A DNA stretch of 63,020 nucleotides, the filler included. It is 5 parts of 5 records of this genome, joined end to end, with 100 filler letters (N's around TTAATTAATTAA, not from the genome) between each part and the next. Parts side by side here need not be neighbours in the genome. Positions count along the whole stretch, not along the records: positions 9,278 to 34,463 come from SRR20825019_2349; positions 34,564 to 47,196 come from SRR20825019_2351; 3 more parts are not named here. One strand, 5' to 3'. The position numbers were made by a program, and so were the translations under genes. How positions within the stretch are numbered: the first letter of the stretch is position 1; every line of letters begins with the position of its first letter. Of this stretch, positions 28,622-41,600 are shown in pieces. Under the pieces are notes generated by a model, which saw only the letters and a list, made by a program, of their open reading frames with translations, was not told the DNA's origin and ran no database searches.

Positions 28622-31141
28622 TTAATTATAAATTATAACCTCTAAATTTCCCTCTTTATATTTATGCTTACTTGAGCCATTAATGTTTGAAGATATATTC
28701 TCAGCATTTGTAACATTCATTAAGTCCTTAATAAAAGAATTATCAATATTTAAATAACTACCAGTTAATATATATTCTATTTTCCTAATAGGAGCCTTTA
28801 TTGATAATTCTTGCTCTGATTTATATTTTCTAATTATATCTAAAATTTGAATTATATAGTCTCCTTTTAATTCAAGATCTTCATTTTGATAAATATCATC
28901 CATACAAGGCCAGGAACCTTTTTCATGAACAGAGTTACCTTCATATATAGCACAATATATCTCATCAGTAACATAAGGAATAAAAGGAGCAAATATCTTT
29001 AAAATATACTCAAAAATATAATATAATGTATTGCTTGCACTATTTTTAGCCGCATTATCTTCATTATTTTGGTCATATACCCGAGTCTTTATAAGCTCAA
29101 GATAATTATCACAAAAATCTCTCCAAAAAAAATTTTCTACTGCTTTTATTGCAGTTGAATATTCATAATTTTCTAATGCTTTTGTAATTATTTTAATTAA
29201 CTTATTAAATTTTGAAATTATCCATAAATCACTACTTGAATATATTATTTTCTCCGTAACCAGATTTCTAATACTTGTTTTTTTAATAATACCAGTTTCA
29301 AAATGAATATTTACAAATTTAGCAGCATTCCATATTTTATTAACAAGTTTTTTTCCATTTAGTAATAATTCCTCTGAGAAAAAAGTATCTGAACCTAAAC
29401 TTGATTGTGCGGCCCAATATCTTACAATATCTGCACCATATTCTTTAAGTAAATTAACGGGATCTATTATATTTCCTTTGGATTTAGACATTTTTGTTTT
29501 ATCTTTAGCAAGACACCAACCACTAATCATAATATCACGCCATGGAAGTGTATTTTCATGTAAATGAGATTTTAAAATAGTATAAAAAGCCCATGTTCTT
29601 AAAATTTCATGACCTTGAGGTCTTAAATTAAATGGGAATAACTTCTTATGTGTATCATAATTTATTTTAAAATTTTCATTAATTGCTGAACTACTTAGCT
29701 GGGGAGACACTGCACTTGTTGCCCAAGTATCCATTACATCTGGATCTGCTTCGACCTCTTCTTTGCTATATCCATTTGGTTGAGAGTTTAAAGGGTCTAT
29801 AGGTAGACTATTTATATCAGCAAATATAGCTTTTCCTTCCTCTCCTTTTCTTTTGGAGTACCATACTGGAAATGGTACTCCAAAATATCTTTGCCTGCTT
29901 ATACACCAATCCCAAGCAATAGATTCAATCCATTGATCTAGTTTAATTTTCATGGATTTTGGATACCAATTAATTTGAGATGATCTTTTTAATAATTCTT
30001 CTTTATGTTCAATTGTTTTAACAAACCACTGATCTAGTGTTATTATTTCAAGTGGAGCACCAGACCTTTCTGCGCATTTTACTGTATGCGTGATTTTCTC
30101 CTTTTTAACTAATAAATTATTTTCAGATAGTAAATCCACTATTTCTTTTCTTGCATCTTTTACATATTTACCTTCAATGATGCTCATATAACTCATGGCT
30201 TTTTTTATGTTAAGGCAATTATTATCAAAATCAATCTTACTTATTTTTCCTCCTTTATTTATAATAATCTTAAGGCCCAAATCATGTTTACGCCACCAAT
30301 CTATATCAGTAGTATCTCCAAATGTAGAGCACATGACAAGACCTGTACCTTTATCTATTTTAACTTCATTATCCGGAAGAATTGGAACTTTCACTTCAAA
30401 TAAAGGTGAAATTGCATATTTACCTTTTAGATGATTATATCTACTATCTTCTGGATGATAAAAAATTGCCTGGCAAGCTGGTATTAATTCAGGCCTTGTT
30501 GTAGCTATAGTAAGACTCTCATTAGTATCAATATGCTTAAAATTAACATAATTCATATAAGTTTCTTTCTCTTTATCTTCTATATCTGCTTGAGAAAGTG
30601 CTGTATTATCGACAGGATCCCACAAAACTGGTTGTTTTTTTCTGTATATTTGCCCTTTTTGAACTAAATCTAAGAATGATAATTGAGATATTTTTTGAGA
30701 ATCTTTTGAAATTGTCCTATATTCTTGCTTTGAATCCACTGATAATCCTAAATTTTGAAATAACGACCTACATTTTTCTTCTTCTTCTATAGTCACTTTA
30801 TGACATAACTCTACAAATTTATTTCTTGATAAATCTTTTGATTTAATATTTTCTTTTTTTTCTACCATTCTTTCTGTAGGTAAACCATTATTATCAAAAC
30901 CCATTGGATAGAATACATTTTTGCCACTCATCCTTTGAAATCTTGCTATAAAATCCGTATGGGTATAACTATATACATGCCCCATATGTAATGTTCCTGA
31001 AATTGATGGAGGAGGTGTATCTATAACATAATTCTCATTTCTTTTGCATCTATCATCAAAATCATATATTTTTTTATTTTGCCAATACTTGATCAAACGA
31101 TCTTGTACTTCCTGGAAATTTAATTTTTTTGCTAATTTCAT
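28622..31141 (-). CDS. valS: Valine--tRNA ligase (short archaeal/rickettsial type)
   Basis: [30 protein letters not shown]; no C-terminal coiled-coil arm. Confidence 0.96.
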   Translation of the reverse strand: MKLAKKLNFQEVQDRLIKYWQNKKIYDFDDRCKRNENYVIDTPPPSISGTLHMGHVYSYTHTDFIARFQRMSGKNVFYPMGFDNNGLPTERMVEKKENIKSKDLSRNKFVELCHKVTIEEEEKCRSLFQNLGLSVDSKQEYRTISKDSQKISQLSFLDLVQKGQIYRKKQPVLWDPVDNTALSQADIEDKEKETYMNYVNFKHIDTNESLTIATTRPELIPACQAIFYHPEDSRYNHLKGKYAISPLFEVKVPILPDNEVKIDKGTGLVMCSTFGDTTDIDWWRKHDLGLKIIINKGGKISKIDFDNNCLNIKKAMSYMSIIEGKYVKDARKEIVDLLSENNLLVKKEKITHTVKCAERSGAPLEIITLDQWFVKTIEHKEELLKRSSQINWYPKSMKIKLDQWIESIAWDWCISRQRYFGVPFPVWYSKRKGEEGKAIFADINSLPIDPLNSQPNGYSKEEVEADPDVMDTWATSAVSPQLSSSAINENFKINYDTHKKLFPFNLRPQGHEILRTWAFYTILKSHLHENTLPWRDIMISGWCLAKDKTKMSKSKGNIIDPVNLLKEYGADIVRYWAAQSSLGSDTFFSEELLLNGKKLVNKIWNAAKFVNIHFETGIIKKTSIRNLVTEKIIYSSSDLWIISKFNKLIKIITKALENYEYSTAIKAVENFFWRDFCDNYLELIKTRVYDQNNEDNAAKNSASNTLYYIFEYILKIFAPFIPYVTDEIYCAIYEGNSVHEKGSWPCMDDIYQNEDLELKGDYIIQILDIIRKYKSEQELSIKAPIRKIEYILTGSYLNIDNSFIKDLMNVTNAENISSNINGSSKHKYKEGNLEVIIYN

Positions 31142-31192
31142 AATTTTAATAAAATATCTTTATATTAGAGACTAATAATAGGCAATTATCGT

Positions 31193-32065
31193 ATGATTCC
31201 AAATAAATTTTTTGTTTTTTTAGATCTTGCTAGACTTAATAACCCAATCGGATACTTATTATTATTTATGCCATGCCTTATTGGCATTGCTTTTGGCTTT
31301 AATAATATTAGTGATTTTAAATACAGTATCATTTTCTTTATTGGTAGTATTTTTGCAAGAGGTGCAGGTTGCATTATTAATGATATATTTGATCAAGATA
31401 TTGATAAAAATGTTAAAAGAACAAAAAATAGACCACTTGCTAATAAATCATTAACTAATATAGAAGCAGTAATTTTTTTTATAATATTAACTTTTTGTTC
31501 GTTAATAACTTTATTTTTTCTTAAAAAAAATATTATATATTTGGTATTCACTGCAGCTATTCTTATAATAATATATCCACTTATGAAAAGAATTACATAT
31601 TTTCCTCAAATCTTTCTTGGAATTACATTTAATCTTGGAGTATTAATTTCATATGTTAATATTAAAAATTATATAAGCTTAGGAATATTTTTAACATATT
31701 TAGGATTAATTTGCTGGACAATAGTATATGATACAATTTATGGTTTTATGGATTATAAGTATGACATTAAAGCAGGAGTGAAATCATTATCTATTCTACT
31801 TTTTAATAGATATTATAAGATAATATTAAATATAATAAACCTTATTAGCCTTTCTTTAATTTGTATAGGTTTTTATGTTGAATATAATTATTTTTCAACA
31901 TTACATTTATTATTTTTATTTTTTTGCTTTATACTGAATATTTTACAAGTAAATAGTATTAAACTTTATAATTCAAGTACTTCTATGAAGGTTTTTAAAT
32001 CAAATATTTTTAATGGAATATTAATATTTTTAGGAATTTTTTTGGGTAAATTAAATATTTTCTAA
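31193..32065 (+). CDS. ubiA: 4-hydroxybenzoate polyprenyltransferase
   Basis: RLNNPIG, GCIINDIFDQDIDK.V.RT..RPLA, YDTIYG..D..YD...G.KS. Confidence 0.94.
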   Translation: MIPNKFFVFLDLARLNNPIGYLLLFMPCLIGIAFGFNNISDFKYSIIFFIGSIFARGAGCIINDIFDQDIDKNVKRTKNRPLANKSLTNIEAVIFFIILTFCSLITLFFLKKNIIYLVFTAAILIIIYPLMKRITYFPQIFLGITFNLGVLISYVNIKNYISLGIFLTYLGLICWTIVYDTIYGFMDYKYDIKAGVKSLSILLFNRYYKIILNIINLISLSLICIGFYVEYNYFSTLHLLFLFFCFILNILQVNSIKLYNSSTSMKVFKSNIFNGILIFLGIFLGKLNIF

Positions 32066-32106
32066 TAATGTCTTCTAAAGCTTTTAATTTAAATTAATAT
32101 AATAAT

Positions 32107-33396
32107 ATGCATTTAACTTATATCATATCAATAACTTCTTTATCGATATTTGCTATTATAGCCCTTTACATAATTTCTATTTTAAAATTTAAATTCAATA
32201 CATATAAAAGTGAAGCTGATGAATTAAGAATTAAAAATGATTTATTAAATGAAGAAAAATTTGAAAATGCTAAGCTCATAGAAACTTTAAGAAGTAAAAT
32301 AGAATATCTTGAAAAACTTTCTATAGATAAAGAAAAATCTATAGAAGAAGCAAATAATAATGCAAAAGCTAGTTTATTTGAACTAGGAAACGAGTTATCA
32401 AAACAGCTAATAGAAATACATAAAAAAGAGAATAAAGATGCTCAAGAACAAGCTGAAAAAAATGTTAAAAAAACCCAAGAACAATTTTATTCTCAATTTG
32501 AAAAACTCGTTGGACTTATTGCAAAACTAAATAAAGATATCGATCAATCTAAATCTTCGGTAGATATTATTAAAAGGTCGCTTCTAACACCTGTTGAAGT
32601 AGGTAAGTTAGCTGAAATCACCCTTGAGAATATTCTTAAAGCTTCTGGGTTACAACAAGATATAGATTATAAAATGCAATATACAGTGCAAAACCTAAAT
32701 GATAGTCATTTAAGACCAGATGCTGTTATATTTCTTCCTGACAATAATGTTATGGTAATAGATGCAAAATCATCAAAATTCATCATTAAAAATTCAGATA
32801 ATAATGAGGAAAATGACTTAAAACTTAAAGATGCAATTATGCAGCATCTTAAACAATTAGTCTCGAAAGAATATACAAATCAAGTACATGAATATTATCT
32901 TAGGCATAATAACAAAACCTCTAAAGTTATGACTTTTATGTTTCTACCTTCAGAGCATGTACTTGAAAGAATATCTTCAATTGATGATAGTTTTATGGAA
33001 AAAGCTTGGAAGCAAAATATATATCCAGTAGGTCCAGCAGGACTTATGAATGTTTTGTCTCTAGCTAAAATTCATATTAATGATAGTAAAAGAATTGAAA
33101 ATTATCAGATAATTTTAGAAGAAGTAAGAAAGCTTATTAATGCATCTTCTACTTTGAGCGAATATTCTAGCAGGATAGGATCAAACATTATGAATCTTGC
33201 GAATAACTATGATAAATTTGTAGCCTCATTTAATGGAAGTTTTATTAATAAAATAAAACGCATACAGAAATATGGAGTAGTAAGTGATAAAAAAAACATA
33301 TTACCTCTTAAAAGATATCAGATAATAGCCCAAGATTCTGAAATATTAGAACTTGATGATGAAAATAAAAACATTATTGATAAAGATAAAAATTGA
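32107..33396 (+). CDS. rmuC: DNA recombination protein RmuC
   Basis: TM + coiled coil, G.LAE..LE.IL..SGL, RPDAVI.LP....VIDAK, MFLPSE. Confidence 0.93.
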   Translation: MHLTYIISITSLSIFAIIALYIISILKFKFNTYKSEADELRIKNDLLNEEKFENAKLIETLRSKIEYLEKLSIDKEKSIEEANNNAKASLFELGNELSKQLIEIHKKENKDAQEQAEKNVKKTQEQFYSQFEKLVGLIAKLNKDIDQSKSSVDIIKRSLLTPVEVGKLAEITLENILKASGLQQDIDYKMQYTVQNLNDSHLRPDAVIFLPDNNVMVIDAKSSKFIIKNSDNNEENDLKLKDAIMQHLKQLVSKEYTNQVHEYYLRHNNKTSKVMTFMFLPSEHVLERISSIDDSFMEKAWKQNIYPVGPAGLMNVLSLAKIHINDSKRIENYQIILEEVRKLINASSTLSEYSSRIGSNIMNLANNYDKFVASFNGSFINKIKRIQKYGVVSDKKNILPLKRYQIIAQDSEILELDDENKNIIDKDKN

Positions 33397-34028
33397 TGAT
33401 TATGACTTTTTATGAAAAACTAATTTTGCTTAGAAATTTTATATTGCTTCAAAATTGTTAATATTGAAAATGAGAATTCGTTTAAGTAGAATTTATTAAC
33501 TATTTACTAAGAAATATACTAGATATTTTATTTAAATACCACTTAGCCCATTCTTGATCTTAAAAGTATAGTTTCAATTATGAGAATATAGGAGAGCTTT
33601 AAAAAACTGTTGAAATAAAAATGTTAGCTAAACTGCTTTTTATAATATTTCATATTTAAGCTTTCTACTTTTAATATTATCACAAAATTATTTTGTTAAT
33701 TAGATGATATCTAAAAATTTTATATAAACCCAAAAAATAATAACCAAATATAAGTTAAAAATACCATTAGAATAATAACTCGGCATTAATTACTTTCAGA
33801 AATAAAGAAAATAATTCTATATTTTTATACTAATCTACTACTAAGTAATTTTAAAATTACTATAAATACTTCTCATAAAATAAATATCCAGAATACTTCA
33901 AATATCTTATCTATATTAAATAGTTAGCCCATACCTGAGATGATTGCTAAACTTACTCAGAATGTTGACAATATTTATTACTTGTTTAAAATATATCTAA
34001 CTGTTAATAAGAATGAATAGTTCATCAT

Positions 34029-34463
34029 ATGGGTTTAAATTGCCAAAAAATCTTAGAATATATTGCTTTAAATGCCACTAAGTTAAAAGATAAACTTAAA
34101 TCTTTACTATCATTAGAAAAATATATTGAAGCTAAAACTTTATTGATTCAAGATAATTTTGAACCGGAAGATAGATATGCTCATACAGAGACACTGAAAT
34201 ATTTAATATCACTAGAAAAAAACCGAATAAAAAGAATTAATATGATGCATGAGATTAAGAGTAAGGCTTTTAAATTAGCAGAAGAAGATCTTGAAATAGA
34301 GACAATTAAAAAACTATTATCATCAATAAACAATCCAAAAGCTAGAACTAAACTGCTCCATTGCGCTTTTTATGTTGTATCTAGATATGGTCATACAGAA
34401 ACACGTAAATATCTGTTATCATTAGAACAAGATCCTATAAAAAGAAGTAAAATGATTCATGCA
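34029..34463 (+). CDS. Ankyrin-repeat-like protein, truncated by contig end
   Basis: Repeated unit RY(A/G)HTET.KYL.SLE...IKR..M.H; TTGACA..TAAAAT promoter-like motif at 33965-33992. Confidence 0.65.
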
Positions 34464-34563
34464 NNNNNNNNNNNNNNNNNNNNNNNNNNNNNNNNNNNNN
34501 NNNNNNNTTAATTAATTAANNNNNNNNNNNNNNNNNNNNNNNNNNNNNNNNNNNNNNNNNNNN
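34464..34563. other. Artificial contig spacer
   Basis: 44 N + TTAATTAATTAA + 44 N. Confidence 0.99.
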
Positions 34564-34567
34564 GGCG

Positions 34568-34590
34568 CCCCCCCCCCCCCCCCCCCCCCC
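34568..34590 (+). repeat. Poly-C tract (23 nt) upstream of the EF-hand gene
   Basis: Seen directly; a second tract lies at 44840-44854. Confidence 0.9.
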
Positions 34591-34683
34591 GGTGCTTAGT
34601 CACCTCACCCCCGCGAAGATCCTTAACTTGAAATAGGTGTCGCCCACGTGGTGGTGAGTGTCCAGACAATAGCATATACTACA

Positions 34684-35992
34684 ATGGGACGTGGAACAGG
34701 ACAGGAGTCGCCCCTCGGCACGGGGCTGACATTGAGCGAGTTGCGTGATGGTGAGTTGGTGTGTGGCATGCTGAGGGCGGTACTGATGCGGTTACAGTTC
34801 TCCGCAAGATGTTTGATGAAATTGATACCGACAAGTCTGGGTCTATTGACGCTGAGGAGTTGGGTATGTTGCACCTCCGCATATGTAGGAACGCACCCTA
34901 ACGTTGCTGGTGAAGGCGCCGTCATGACTAAGCTTGGTATGACTGTGGATGACGCTAGCATCAAGCGGGTGAGCTCACCACCATCGCTATATGGGGAATG
35001 AGCACTGCTAACCGAGTGAGTGCTCCAGGTCATGAAGGAGGTTGACAAGGATCGATCCGGGACCATCGAGTTTGATGAGTTCTTCGACTCCTTCACCAGC
35101 ATCCACAAGGTCAGCGAGCTCCGCCGGGTGATTGAAGAGAAGATCCTGCACGCGCTGGCTGCTGGCGTGGAGCCTCCTCTCTCGTGGAAGGGCATCCCCC
35201 ACCAGACTGGCAATGTGTGGATGGGTATTCCCGAGAAGGCCTCTGACAACTTGACCCCCGAACAGGAAGCCGAGATCAGAGGTGTGTTGCTATGGTGGTG
35301 GTTGTGTACTGCGGAGTGGTATACTGACAGGTGATCGCAGATGAGTTCATGTGAGTTATAGGTGGTGTTCTGTAGTATGAATTGTCTGACAGTGATGGCT
35401 GGCATTCGTCAGGCGCTTTGACTTGGACAAGTGAGTGTCACGCGTTGTATGATATATTGTGTGTGCTGACCTCTGAGGCAGGGATAATTTGTAAGTGCGG
35501 TTACTGGGTAGGTGTCGTGTGTGGCTACTGATATTGCTCTACCTGCAGCATCAGCGAGAAGGAGCTCTGCACGGTAATCGCCCTAGCGCCTTGCCCATTG
35601 CGCCTCGTTAACCCGTGTGGGATGTAGATTCTGAAGCATGAGAAGCCATTCGCTTCACCCTCTGAGATCGACACCGTGGCAAAGCATATGATGGAACTCA
35701 TTGATACTGACAAGAACGGCTTCATCGGTGAGGCTCCGTGGATGGTGCGAGGGGTGCGTGTGCTGACCGGGGCTGCGCAGACTTCAAGGAGTTTGTTACC
35801 TTCCTTGCAGTTCGTAAGGTCCCCAAGCTCAAGAACCTCTATGACGATCTTTTCCGCAATGTCACCGGCTCCCGTAAGTTACGGATGGTGCTTCTTACCA
35901 CGTGTTCTGACATGACGACTGCAGCGTGCTCCCACCCCAAGCACAAGAAGAAGGTGAATTATGACAGCGATGAGGAGAGCCCGTACATGTGA
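34684..35992 (+). CDS. Eukaryotic 4-EF-hand calcium-binding (calmodulin/centrin-like) protein, 11 exons
   Basis: Exons 34684-34750, 34798-34863, 34916-34968, 35029-35281, 35341-35350, 35413-35430, 35482-35490, 35549-35573, 35628-35727, 35781-35873, 35925-35992 splice in frame via GT-AG introns; EF loops DTDKSGSIDAEE, DKDRSGTIEFDE, DLDKDNFISEKE, DTDKNGFIDFKE. Confidence 0.9.
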
Positions 35993-36072
35993 ATGCAACG
36001 ACAATAACACCAAATAAATGACCAACAAGAATTACTCAAGGAGCCAGAATGACTCAAGGTTGGATCCGATGT

Positions 36073-38166
36073 TTACATCTCATCGCGGTCCCCGTGCCGC
36101 CCCTTCATCGCCTGCTCACGCCGTTGCTGGATCTTGTCTGACCAACGCTCCAGTCCCTCACCTGATTGGGTGGCCGGCCCAGACGGCGCCTGTGCTTGCT
36201 CGGGGGGCGTGGGCGGGGCCACGGGCTGGGTGACCCCATCGTCGAAAATCACAGCATCGTATTTGACCTTTGCCCCGCCGGCACGGCGATCCTCTGCACA
36301 GTTGTGAGCAATTCACGAAGTCACTCAGATCACGGGACGGCACCTCTGGTCTGCTTGATGCGCTTGAGAACGCCCTTAACAGCCTTTCGGCCCTCCGTCT
36401 CTGGCAACAAAATCAGCGCTACAATGCCACGCATCCTATTCCACACAGTGGCCATACTGCTATTCCCGTGAAGCCATGTGAGCTTGGTCAGCTGAAGGGT
36501 CTGCAAGGTCTTGGCAATCGTTGCCATGTGTTGCACAGACACATCCCGGCCACGGTCGTCACCATCTAATTTGAGCTGCACATCCCGTGAGTATTAGCCC
36601 CAGCGCATGTGCACCGCACTGACCTGCTTTCGGAAGGCCCGGGGCAGCCATGATTGTACTTGATAGCTATGTGTATATATCTTGAGCTCAAACGTCTCCG
36701 TCTGCGGCAACACCTTGTCAGCGTGGAGCCATTCTTCTGAACATCCCACCTGCCTTGATCCTCCGCAGGCCGTGCAATGCTTCAGCAAGGGATGTCACGG
36801 AGTAGTTGTGCCTATGATGAGATCAACACCAGAGCAAGTGCACACGATTTCAACTAACCCCAATGCCAGCCCGATGTGGAGGGATTTGAGTTGGAGCATG
36901 TTGGATGCAAGGGCCGTCCCACCCACGGAGAAGAGATGAATCAGGTCACGGCTCTCGACCAAAATATCCATACGAAGATGTTCTAGCTTGGGCATCATCT
37001 AAGACCCTGTCAATGTCGCGTCCGCAGGCATGTTCGTACCGCCGCACCTTAGCCGCCATATCCAAAAATAGTGTCGCGCTCTCAGGTCCCATGGGGTTAC
37101 CCTCGAGGTTTAAGTGCCGCACGTCACTGCAGCATAGTGGCGATGCCCCGGCTTCCGCCTCGTTGCGAGGGGAAATGGGGAAAAGAGAAAGCACGTGAGC
37201 TGAGACCGCATCAGCTCCAAAACAACAGAAGTGCCCAGGTCACTGCCTACCTCCACTCATCCGGTTGTTGGATAGATCGAGGTGAGCCACGTTGGGGATC
37301 CGGTCCAACAGTTGGAAGTGTTTCTGTCGAAGCCTGAGTGAAGCCGTCCCAGAGTCATGCGCAGCCGCACCCACCAAGCTAGTGCCCATGTCACATCCTG
37401 AGGCACGGAAATCTTTCACCCTTTCCAGCCTGATGCCTTCAGGTACGGCGGCATCGACCCCTGTTAATGCATTTATAAGTGTGCAGCCCCGCCCCCATCC
37501 TCGCCTAACTCACCCTGGCCCCCGAGTGTGTTCCCAGAGAGAAGAACATACTCCAACCGCGACCCCACGGCGGACACTATACTCCCTAGGTCAGCCGCCC
37601 CGGCTGCCGTGACACCGCGGACACGGGCCCCGAACAAGGTGTCTGGCAGGAGGGCCAGCAGTCCCTCAAGGCGAGGCTGGATAGGCCCGAGGACCGAGGG
37701 GAGCTGAATATGGCGCGTGGTCGCCCGGACAGCATGTGTCCTCACGTCCACCCCGATCAGCGGGCTCCAGCCGCTGTGTTTCTTGAACTTGCGAGCATGC
37801 ACGGATATCATTGCGAGTGCAGTATCACTGACCGGCGCATTCAGCCTGGATCCAACCCTGCTTCCCACCATCTCACCTTGGGTTCTGAAACCTGAAGTGC
37901 TTTCCCGCTGACACGGCTTCCCCGTAGCTCTTCAGAGCGGACGTGACTGCGGCAGGCGGCGACTTGTCCAGCAGCCATGGAAGACGTGCCTCCCATATGG
38001 CCGTGTTTGCGTTCTCCCTGCACACATGATGCACACATGATGGATTAGCGAGCGCGCAGCGGCGTGGGCACTTTGCTTACTCGAGGATTTGGAGACGTTG
38101 CACCGCCACATAGCAGGTGTACACCACCAGCACCGCAGTTTGCAACAGTACCAGCCGCCGCAGCAT
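36073..38166 (-). CDS. Eukaryotic leucine-rich-repeat (RI/NLR-like) protein, multi-exon
   Basis: LRR units LEYVLLSGNTLG, VRHLNLEGNPMG, LKSLHI, LQTLQL; hydrophobic N-terminus MLRRLVLLQTAVLVVY; last exon ends RDEM-stop; internal exon boundaries not all resolved. Confidence 0.65.
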
Positions 38167-38691
38167 CCTGCAATGTGAGTAGTTATTTCCTGCCTGACTT
38201 CGTATTCATATGTGGTTTTGTGTCTAGCTAGTAGAGGGCATCCAACAGAACCGCTACCTGAACCCGATAACCGGCGACACGTGTGCCAGTGGCGTGTGCC
38301 GTAGTGGAGTCACGTGCGCCACAGGAGGGGGCGGCCGGCCGGCCGGCCGTACGTGGCGATGGCCCCGCCCCGCCGCCCTGGCCCGGCGGCCGGGCGCCGG
38401 AACCACTGCGCTCCCTCCAACTGCTGGGCCCGGCCCGCAGGGGTGCCGGGCCCTCGCCGCCGCCCGATGGGCGGCGCTGCCCGGCCGCTGGCCGGCCGGG
38501 CCCCCGGCCCGGCGGGGGCGGGCCCGCCGGGACGCCGCGCCGTGAGGGGCCTGCCGCCATACGCGGACGCCCCGCCCGCCACCCGGCCTCATCCACTGAG
38601 GGGCCGCATGCCGGTGAGCGACTGATTGGGTAGTTTACTGCAGTTACGTGGAACGCGAAGGGCGTGCCGCCGCGCTCTTGCCTCCTCTCGT

Positions 38692-41600
38692 CTAGAACGG
38701 GCCAGACTCGGGCCGCTCCAGCTCAATTGCGAATCGGACACAGCTGGACAACAGCTGCTCATCCCGAACACCGTGGACCTTCTCATGGAATGCAAGGGGA
38801 TGGGACGGCGGTCCGGGGGTACGCCGGCCCTTGCGCTTGCGATGCGGTGACTTGCTTGGAGGGCTGGTTGGCGACAGAGAGGGAAGGGTTTGGTTTGCCC
38901 TGTTCGCCCGTCGTCGCAGATCAGTTGCCTTGCGGAGCCCATCCACCATTTGATGCAGTCGAATGCGAATATCGCGGTCCTTGTTAGGGCTCGGTTTGTC
39001 AGTGTGGCTGAACATAAAGTTGGGCGGGGGGCTGCCGGGCTGCAGGTTTAGATTCTCATAGCTGGCAGACACGAGTCAGCATCGTCCGCCAAGCCTTCAG
39101 CATCCAGATACTCACTCCACCTCCTCCATTGCGGCCCCCCTATTCTCCAGGGCGGATATCACCAGGCTGCCCATGCTCAAGTGCTTTGACATCCTGAAAA
39201 TCGTCAAGAAACGCACATTCGATGGACCGAGGCACTCACTGTGATTTACGCACGGCCCGGCTTTCTTCCTGGCTCTTCTTCCTCTGCTGCTGCCGGTGCT
39301 TATCAAATGCCTCCATCTGGGACTTGTGCAGCCCTACTGCCTGCTCATACTCCTCATCTGTGGGGGGCGGCTGCGATCCATACTTGAGGCTGAATCCAGG
39401 CGGCGTCATTTTGACCGACTTTCGCTTAATGGGTTTGAGGCCGCGTTGCCCAAGGAATGGCATGAGATAGTCCGGCGTGGCCTTGAACTTAATCTTGCGA
39501 GGGTCACTCGGGAAGTATTCCTCAATCATCTCCGGCGTGACACCCGCAGTGCTCTCGGTGCGGCGCACACGGCGCCGCTGTCGGCCAAACAACTGGCTGC
39601 TCCTCTCAGCCTGCCCAACCCACTCAGCGCGAAATCAAATCACGACACCATCCCACAAACACACCTCTTTTCGCATCTGCTGCAGTCGTCGTTCCTTGTT
39701 CTTCTTCTTGCGCGCCACTCGCATCCGCGCCTGCCGCGCCCGCCACATCGTCTGGATACGTATCGAAGCCGCGCGCTGCAAAACATCGTCAGGGTGTAAG
39801 ACCACGCAACACGAGATATTACCTCCGCCTTCTTGTCCTTGAGCTCTTGTAGCACTGCCTTCCGATCGCGGCGGACCCGGGAACCCCGGAACACTGCCTG
39901 GATCTTAGTGGCATTCGCAGTCAAAACACGAGAATACGGGGAGAGCTTCTCCTGATGTCGCGACTCAACTCGCTTGCGAGAGAGCGTCACGCGGACGAAG
40001 CACTGCAGGGTTATGACGGCACGGGTGATCTTCTCCTGCGCGTCCAGCATCATGGAGTGCCTCCGCTCAGCTTCCATCTGCCTCATCTCGCGGATATGCA
40101 GTCGCGTTTGGTTCTGTTTCGGGCGCTCGTTCCATATGATGCCACGCCACTCCATGATGTCATCCCTTGAGAGCTTGTACCCATTAGTGAGATGGTCGAT
40201 CTTCTTCGAAAGCTTCGTGCTCAGGTGGCGGACCTTAATCGAATAGGCTTGCAGAGACAGCGACACCTCCTTAAACAACGTGATGCGGCGACGAGCCATC
40301 CTCTCCACAGGGAGATAGAATGGAGAGATTGCTCGGGGTCCCGCAAGGCTGGCGGCATGGCTCGCACTCACGCGCTGATGTGTTGCAAAGTTGTAGTAGT
40401 AATCCTCAATGGTAAATCCTTCTCCATCCGGATCGCGCTTTTCCGTCTCCAGCATCAGCCAGGGAATGCCCGAGATGAAGGGCAGAGCGGGGTGCGAAGA
40501 TACCAAGTTCTGCTTCTTGGCCATCCGCATCCGCTTTCGTCGCATGCTGACAGCCATCTCACGGAAGAATGGGATCTGCAGATTGGTCTTCATCTTGTTC
40601 TCGTTGTCGCCCTCATACAAGTTGGGATTCATCGACGAGCTCACACGTTTCTTAACGCTTCTCTCTTCCTTGGCCTTCCTGACAGTGTCATCATCTGGAA
40701 GGTCCTCAAGACCTTCGAGGGCTGAGTACTGCGTTGGAGTTTAGCATTATCTCAATCGACGGGCCAACGTCACTTACATTGTATGCTTTCTCCCGAATGA
40801 GCGACTTTGCGTCACGGGGCTCTTCCTCCTGGACCGCCAAGTCCTGAAGGCGCTTCTCTGTCAACTGTTTCTTGAGTTTGTTCCGATTGGCAGTGTCCAT
40901 CCTTTTCTCTTCCTTGATCATCTCGGGGGTGGGCGATACAAACATGCTCTTTTTGCGGATCGTGGACATGAACTCCTCACGCATCGATTTGGCGATTTTG
41001 TCTTTGGTCGTCGGCACCCTCAGATGACCGCCTGCGAGACTAGATACCCTTCGCTTCTGCTGCATCAAACTCTTTACCACTCCCGTCACAGAGCTCCCGC
41101 GGCGATATGCTGAGAGTTCAGGATCCATGGAAAACTTCCTGACCTCAGCTGGTACAGGAATCGGATTACTTATAGCCATCTATTGCCTTCTTGTCAGAAA
41201 ACAGAAGGTAATACAATCACGAGACTCACTTCCTCCTCCACAATCTGTTGCAGAGATTCATCTTCTTCGGGCTCCTCACTCATATCGTCGTCCGCCCACG
41301 GAACATCGGCCAGTGCACACATCCTAGCGAGAGGCAGGAGGTAGTACTCGCGGTACGGCTCGATGCGGGCTAGGTAGGCAGCAGAGAGGATTTTGTTGAT
41401 GCTGAGGGGCCGCGGCCGAGGGGCCTGGATCTTGTTGGGCTGAGAGATGTGAGCGCGAGTATTCAATTAGAACAGATAAGCGTTGGGGTACCTTCTCATA
41501 GTCCTTGTACTTCACTCCCATAATGTATCCGAAGTAGCGAACAAAGTAGTGCGCGTAGATGCAGGACTGGGTGTCCATGTCCTTGCCGTTCACGGTGATG

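Noticed and set aside
28622-31141. Archaeal-type ValRS as a novel horizontal transfer
   Set aside because: Already a known feature of Rickettsiales; useful only as a taxonomic marker
33397-34028. 630-nt AT-rich gap as a possible ncRNA, pseudogene or array
   Set aside because: No recognisable repeats, structure or homologous frame by eye
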